Shown here: one piece after another, positions 1 through 64,000 of the stretch
How positions within the stretch are numbered: the first letter of the stretch is position 1
How the letters are laid out: every line of letters begins with the position of its first letter
Origin: Lingula anatina
Taxonomy: Eukaryota > Animalia > Brachiopoda
Direction of reading: 5' to 3'
Length of the DNA: 64,000 nucleotides
NCBI GenBank assembly: GCA_051362555.1
Contig: CM120649.1
Span: 13,268,001-13,332,000, forward strand
Notes under the pieces: model-generated
The model's database searches: none
Seen by the model: only the letters and a program-made list of their open reading frames with translations
What the model was told of the DNA's origin: nothing
Made by a program: the position numbers and the translations under genes

Positions 1-806
1 AACATACAATTTATTAATAATAACAAATAAAAAGTCCTTAAAATTAACCTTTTTTTTAACAAGGATGGCAGATTTCCTCTAAATGAAAGAACATCTTTTT
101 AAAGTGGAATGTTCTTTCTTAGATCTTGGCAGAAATTGCTGGCATTGCTGTTTGAAATATAAGTATTGATTGAAAAGTGGATGCAGAACAATAGCAGGGT
201 ATAATTTGCGTTGAAGATAATGGATGTAGAGCTAGGATTCATGTAATTTTGAAATCTGACGTATCTCTGATATGCAATAAGCTGTTACTGAGTGATAATC
301 TTAGCTTGGCTTTTCCATAAGTGATAAGAAAAACTGAATGAATGTACACAGCTTTTGCTGGGGTATGTTGTAGTTATTCAATATTAATAGATTGTCACTG
401 CTTGAATTGCATCGAGTCTTATTTTTTTGTATCACATCCTGTTTCATTCAAAATAACCAATTTTAATGGTTGCCTTAGGCAATAAAACCTTCCTAGTTTT
501 CTCTTAGTGTGGAGATCTTTTTAAAATAGCTTTGGGTTAAAGTGTTGGGAGTATTTTATGCTAACATGTAGAAGGTTCTCTTTTCATGTTGCTGTTGCCT
601 GAGTCTGACAGCATAACCAAAGTTAAAGACGCAATTCTTGCTAAGCAATATATGGATAGCAAATATTAGTTTTGCATCAAACTATCTATGATGGCACATG
701 GCTTCAAATGCATGTGAGGCTCAAGAATGGTTATGTTCAAATTATACCATTATATATTTATAATAATTTTGGTCTTTGCTAATTGTCCTGTTTATATTTC
801 CACCAG

Positions 807-37777
<36,971 letters not shown>

Positions 37778-37780
<3 letters not shown>

Positions 37781-37900
37781 GGATTGGTTTGGGTATTGGT
37801 TTGAGGATTAGTTTAGGATTGAGGACTGCTTTGGGATTGAGGATTGGTTTCATAATGAGGATGAGTGACAGAGAGGATTGCATCAGAAATGAGGATTGTT
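37778..37900 (+). repeat. Degenerate GAGGATTG-type tandem repeat at the start of the USP9X 3' UTR
   Basis: TGAGGATTGGTTTGGG.AT-like units with ~18-24 bp period, starting at the stop codon. Confidence 0.7.
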
Positions 37901-39935
37901 CAAGAAGGGGTATTGGTTGTGGAAGGAAAATTGATTCAAAGTTTACAATTGTTCTGGAATCAGGATTGGTTGGGAGAGATCAGGGATTGCTGCTAATGAT
38001 GAAAGTTTGGAAGAAAAAGAAATTGGACTGCTCTACAGTGTAGGAGAAGTCAGGAAATGATGGGTTATCTTCTGAAGGACAGAGGATTGTTTTAAATGTG
38101 AAAAAGTGAACCCTCAAGGATAAGATGTGAAAGGGATGCTGAAGAAGTACAGTATCTTTGGCAACAGAAATGTGATCAATAATTTGAGAATTTCTGCAAG
38201 TACACTGTAAATTTTTTAAGTTTGAGAAGAAAAAAGTTACTTGATTGTTACAAAAGGAAGAGACTTTTGGTGTATTGGAGATGATATTGGATTATATTAG
38301 TGGGCATATGTTACTGCAGTGCAATAGGTGAGCCAACACCACAATCACACCTACTACATTCTCTGGCACACTGCGCCTGCCTTACTGTAGTGTTACAGAA
38401 ATGAACTTTATACCTCTATGATGGTGTTCTGTGAAACAGAACGAATAAACTGCCACTCTGTTATAAGAGAATATAATAATATCCACTCTTAAGAAGGGTT
38501 AAGAAGGACACAAGGACTTTTCAGTGAATTAAACCCCAGTGGTGGTAAACTTGTGTGGTAGGAGTGGTAGTCCGCTAGGAACTGCAGTTCGTTTTCCATT
38601 ATTTTGTACAGGGGATATTCATTTCAAATACGAAGCCCGGTGCTTAAAGCTAAACTTATCCTTTACTAATTGTATGGGATCCAGGACTCCCATTCCCAGG
38701 GCTGTCATTCCTGTCACACAGAGTTGGGGCATCAGATTGAAAAAAGTTTATATACAAATGTTGAGGGCAACTTGCAGTTCAGGTTGAAAATAAGAGTTGA
38801 ACAGGAGTTAAGTACAGTAAGGTTGAATGAGATCGGTGTATTTATCATTTGACAGAACATCGCCTGTCGCTGCGAACAGAGCATGGTAGGCACTTGATAA
38901 TAATCCAGTGCATGTCCACAATTAGATATTTATTAATTAACTTGCTGTGAAAAACGAGCAAGTGCTTGCTGACGTGGCAGTTCTCTGGGATAGAGAGGTG
39001 TAGATTTTAGCATACTATAGAATATTTGTGACTGTTGCTTTTAAAAGCTGTTCCATTGTTCCTCACGTCTTGCTGGAGCTGTTAGTGTTGATTATGTTTA
39101 GTAAGCATGACCGGGAAATGGAAATATTACATAATTGAGTGTTATGTATGCCTACAAGTGTCATGGTCCATTTTTCAATTATTGTGCAGAAATGGACTTT
39201 TTGTCTTGTTTATTTTCTTTTTATTGTGCTGGCTGGTAACATGTGCCAGTGTCTAACTTATTCAGAGAATATCTAGCTCTGTGACTGTTTTGATAGTATT
39301 GAATTATCGACGTGAACAATAGGTGTTTGTGCTCCTTGAGCCAAGGGCTTGCGAGTAGTTTTACAGTACGAAGGGGAACAACTGTGTTCGTGGCAGAGTT
39401 TTTTCACACCCGAATGTGTTAGTTGCAATCCTACAGTCACATCTAACGCAATGTCGGCCTTTGCGTTTATCCAAGAATATCGGCTATTTTCATTCATAAC
39501 TGTAAATATATCAAAGCCAATAGGAGACACTTATATTTCATTATTTAATATGAAGAACGATGCATAGTATGATTGTACAAAGATTGTATAAAAATGGCTT
39601 AGTCCTGTACTAAGAAGTGTGATACGAAGGGAGAGATTGTGTTACTACTGTACAGCCCCCATATCTTTACCATTGCCAGGTTTTTGGCTTCATTGTGTGA
39701 TAAATGTAATAGTTAGCTGTTTATCTTATGCCCCTCCCCCCTTGTACAAATCCCCCCTCCCCTTTCAAAGCCATGGGTGTCTAAAGATGCTTTCAAATGT
39801 TGAGAAGAGAAAGGACGTGTGATCGTATGATGTATTATTATAATTATTAATTATATTAATTAAAATGTTGATATTTTCCACTGTGGCTAATGTATGTGTA
39901 ATTATAAGTCAAAATAAAATGTTATAAAGCTCTAT
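37781..39935 (+). other. USP9X: Probable USP9X 3' UTR ending near a polyadenylation signal
   Basis: Follows the TGA at 37778-37780; AATAAA at 39913-39918 followed by a T-rich tract, then the composition changes. An earlier AATAAA near 38444 could be an alternative site. Confidence 0.6.
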
Positions 39936-40572
39936 CTTATTTTAATATAAATTTATTTTTTTGGGGCGCTCATGATGTCGAGAGATTATAGTAAGTCTGG
40001 TGGGAAAGAACGGACTTCTAAAGTAAACCCCCTCTCGGATAGCGTAAAAGTGGACCGGTTTAACGTGAGAGTGTCCGCTTCCCATTCATTTGTAAAGGTA
40101 AGTTCCACCCTCGATTTTGCCCCTCTTGGGTCAGACCGTCGGGCTAACCCTAACCATTATAACTAAATGGAGGGTGGACTCTGTAACACGGACCATCAGT
40201 TTCGTTACTCAGGTACTTGCAGGGTATTGAACGTCGCATGTTTGGAACAGAGTTGGGAATTTATAGAATGAAAGAAAAAAAGGGTAGGCTGGTTGAAAAG
40301 CATAATTTGGGGTAAGTGCCCAGTGCGTTTGCATTAGGGAACGGGAAATGTATAGAAATGAGGATGGATTGAGGATTTTGTGTAGCGTGTTTCAGTTTAT
40401 GTTTGTAACTTGTTCGTTCCTGTTATTCGACATTACCATCATGTATATATATTTACCACCAGAATATATTTAAGGTACACTCCATGAGATTTACCCACCA
40501 AAATGAATTTCCCGGTAAAAGAAGCAATTTTCTCGTACTCGCAGGTCATTTGTCTACACCTCTTTGCACTTG

Positions 40573-40779
40573 GGCTTCATTCACATGCAATGTCTATTTT
40601 CTAAATTTTATTTTCTATTCGCGCTATCTTATGATCACGGTCTTATAGTAACTTATAGTAACTGGCTCGCGCGGCCAGTAATTACGCCGCGGGATATTCA
40701 GGGCACAGACCGTGATCATAAGACATACCGCGAATAGAAAATAGAATTTAGAAAATAGACATTGCATGTGAACGAAGCC
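40573..40779. mobile_element. Fold-back MITE (PIF/Harbinger/Tourist-like) in the intergenic region
   Basis: ~70-bp imperfect TIRs GGCTTCATTCACATGCAATGTCTATTTTCTAAATT... / ...AATTTAGAAAATAGACATTGCATGTGAACGAAGCC; 3-bp TSD TTG at 40570-40572 and 40780-40782. Confidence 0.85.
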
Positions 40780-41148
40780 TTGGATTCGACCTTTCATAAA
40801 ATTTATAAAGGTTGATTTTAGCCTGAAAGGACTGGGCAGTCATTTATAACAGCGACCATTTTCCTATAAGCTCCAATGGACGCGCACATAAGTTAACGGT
40901 TGACATTATCTTGCAGCCGGAAAATATTTGCCCTTTGAGACGGTCTGAATCTTTAAATGTTCATTTCTTTGTTGGAAAGTTTGGTAAAGAATTAAACTCT
41001 TTTTCACGTTTAGAGAAAAGGCCCCGATGTCTTTTTCCTGTTAGACTAAACGAAATATTTAAGCCTGTCTTAAGGGAATATACCATTTAGGAAGCTTAGC
41101 CCTCTGCATACCTGTAGGATTTAGACAGGTAAATAAAGGTCCCTCAAA

Positions 41149-41484
41149 GCGCGCATGCGTACACAATCCATCCTTGGCAACAGCTCAACAATCTCCCGCA
41201 AAGGTCAACGTGTGCTATTGAATCTATTGACTCAGTGCACTGCTATAGCCATATTGGAACTGTTGAAAAAGTTTAAGGACATCTCACGCACCCGTAGACA
41301 ATATTGATCTAGAACGCCGATTAATTAACCAAAAGTCTGTTCACGAGGGCACGATCGTAGCCAGAAAGTTCTTTTAATTGTGTGAGTCTCTTGATCAAGT
41401 GACAGAAACGCCATGGATTAAGAAAATCTCACCTGTAGTACCTGTGCAGATTACGAAAGTGAAGGAAGAAGCAAGGCGCGGAAG

Positions 41485-41490
<6 letters not shown>
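41149..41490 (+). promoter_or_regulatory. Probable ITPR-like promoter / 5' UTR region
   Basis: CpG-richer stretch ahead of the ATG; NRF1-like GCGCATGCG at 41151-41159; YY1-like AAGATGGCC overlapping the ATG (41482-41490). Motif matches only. Confidence 0.4.

Positions 41491-64000
<22,510 letters not shown>

Overview
Eukaryotic, AT-rich, intron-dense genomic DNA from an invertebrate animal; gene structure and repeat types suggest a lophotrochozoan such as a mollusc, which is inference only. Two + strand protein-coding genes fill the window. (1) USP9X/fat facets deubiquitinase: 54 coding exons traced by hand from 807 to the stop at 37780, missing only the extreme N-terminus, with a ~2.1 kb 3' UTR. 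(2) The 5' part (24 exons, 41485 to beyond 64000) of a divergent IP3-receptor (ITPR)-family Ca2+ channel whose IP3-binding residues are only partly conserved. USP9X introns carry two copies of an H/ACA guide RNA whose two pockets match U6 snRNA at U31 and U86 (SNORA79/ACA65 type). They also carry a three-level nested transposon (TIR element > Helentron-associated element > P-like element), several MITEs with 3-7 bp target duplications, and repeated tandem duplications of exon 3' ends plus splice donors. One of these duplications forms an in-frame candidate mutually exclusive exon. No prokaryotic features, CRISPR, tRNA or rRNA genes were seen. Coordinates were counted by hand and may be off by a base or two.
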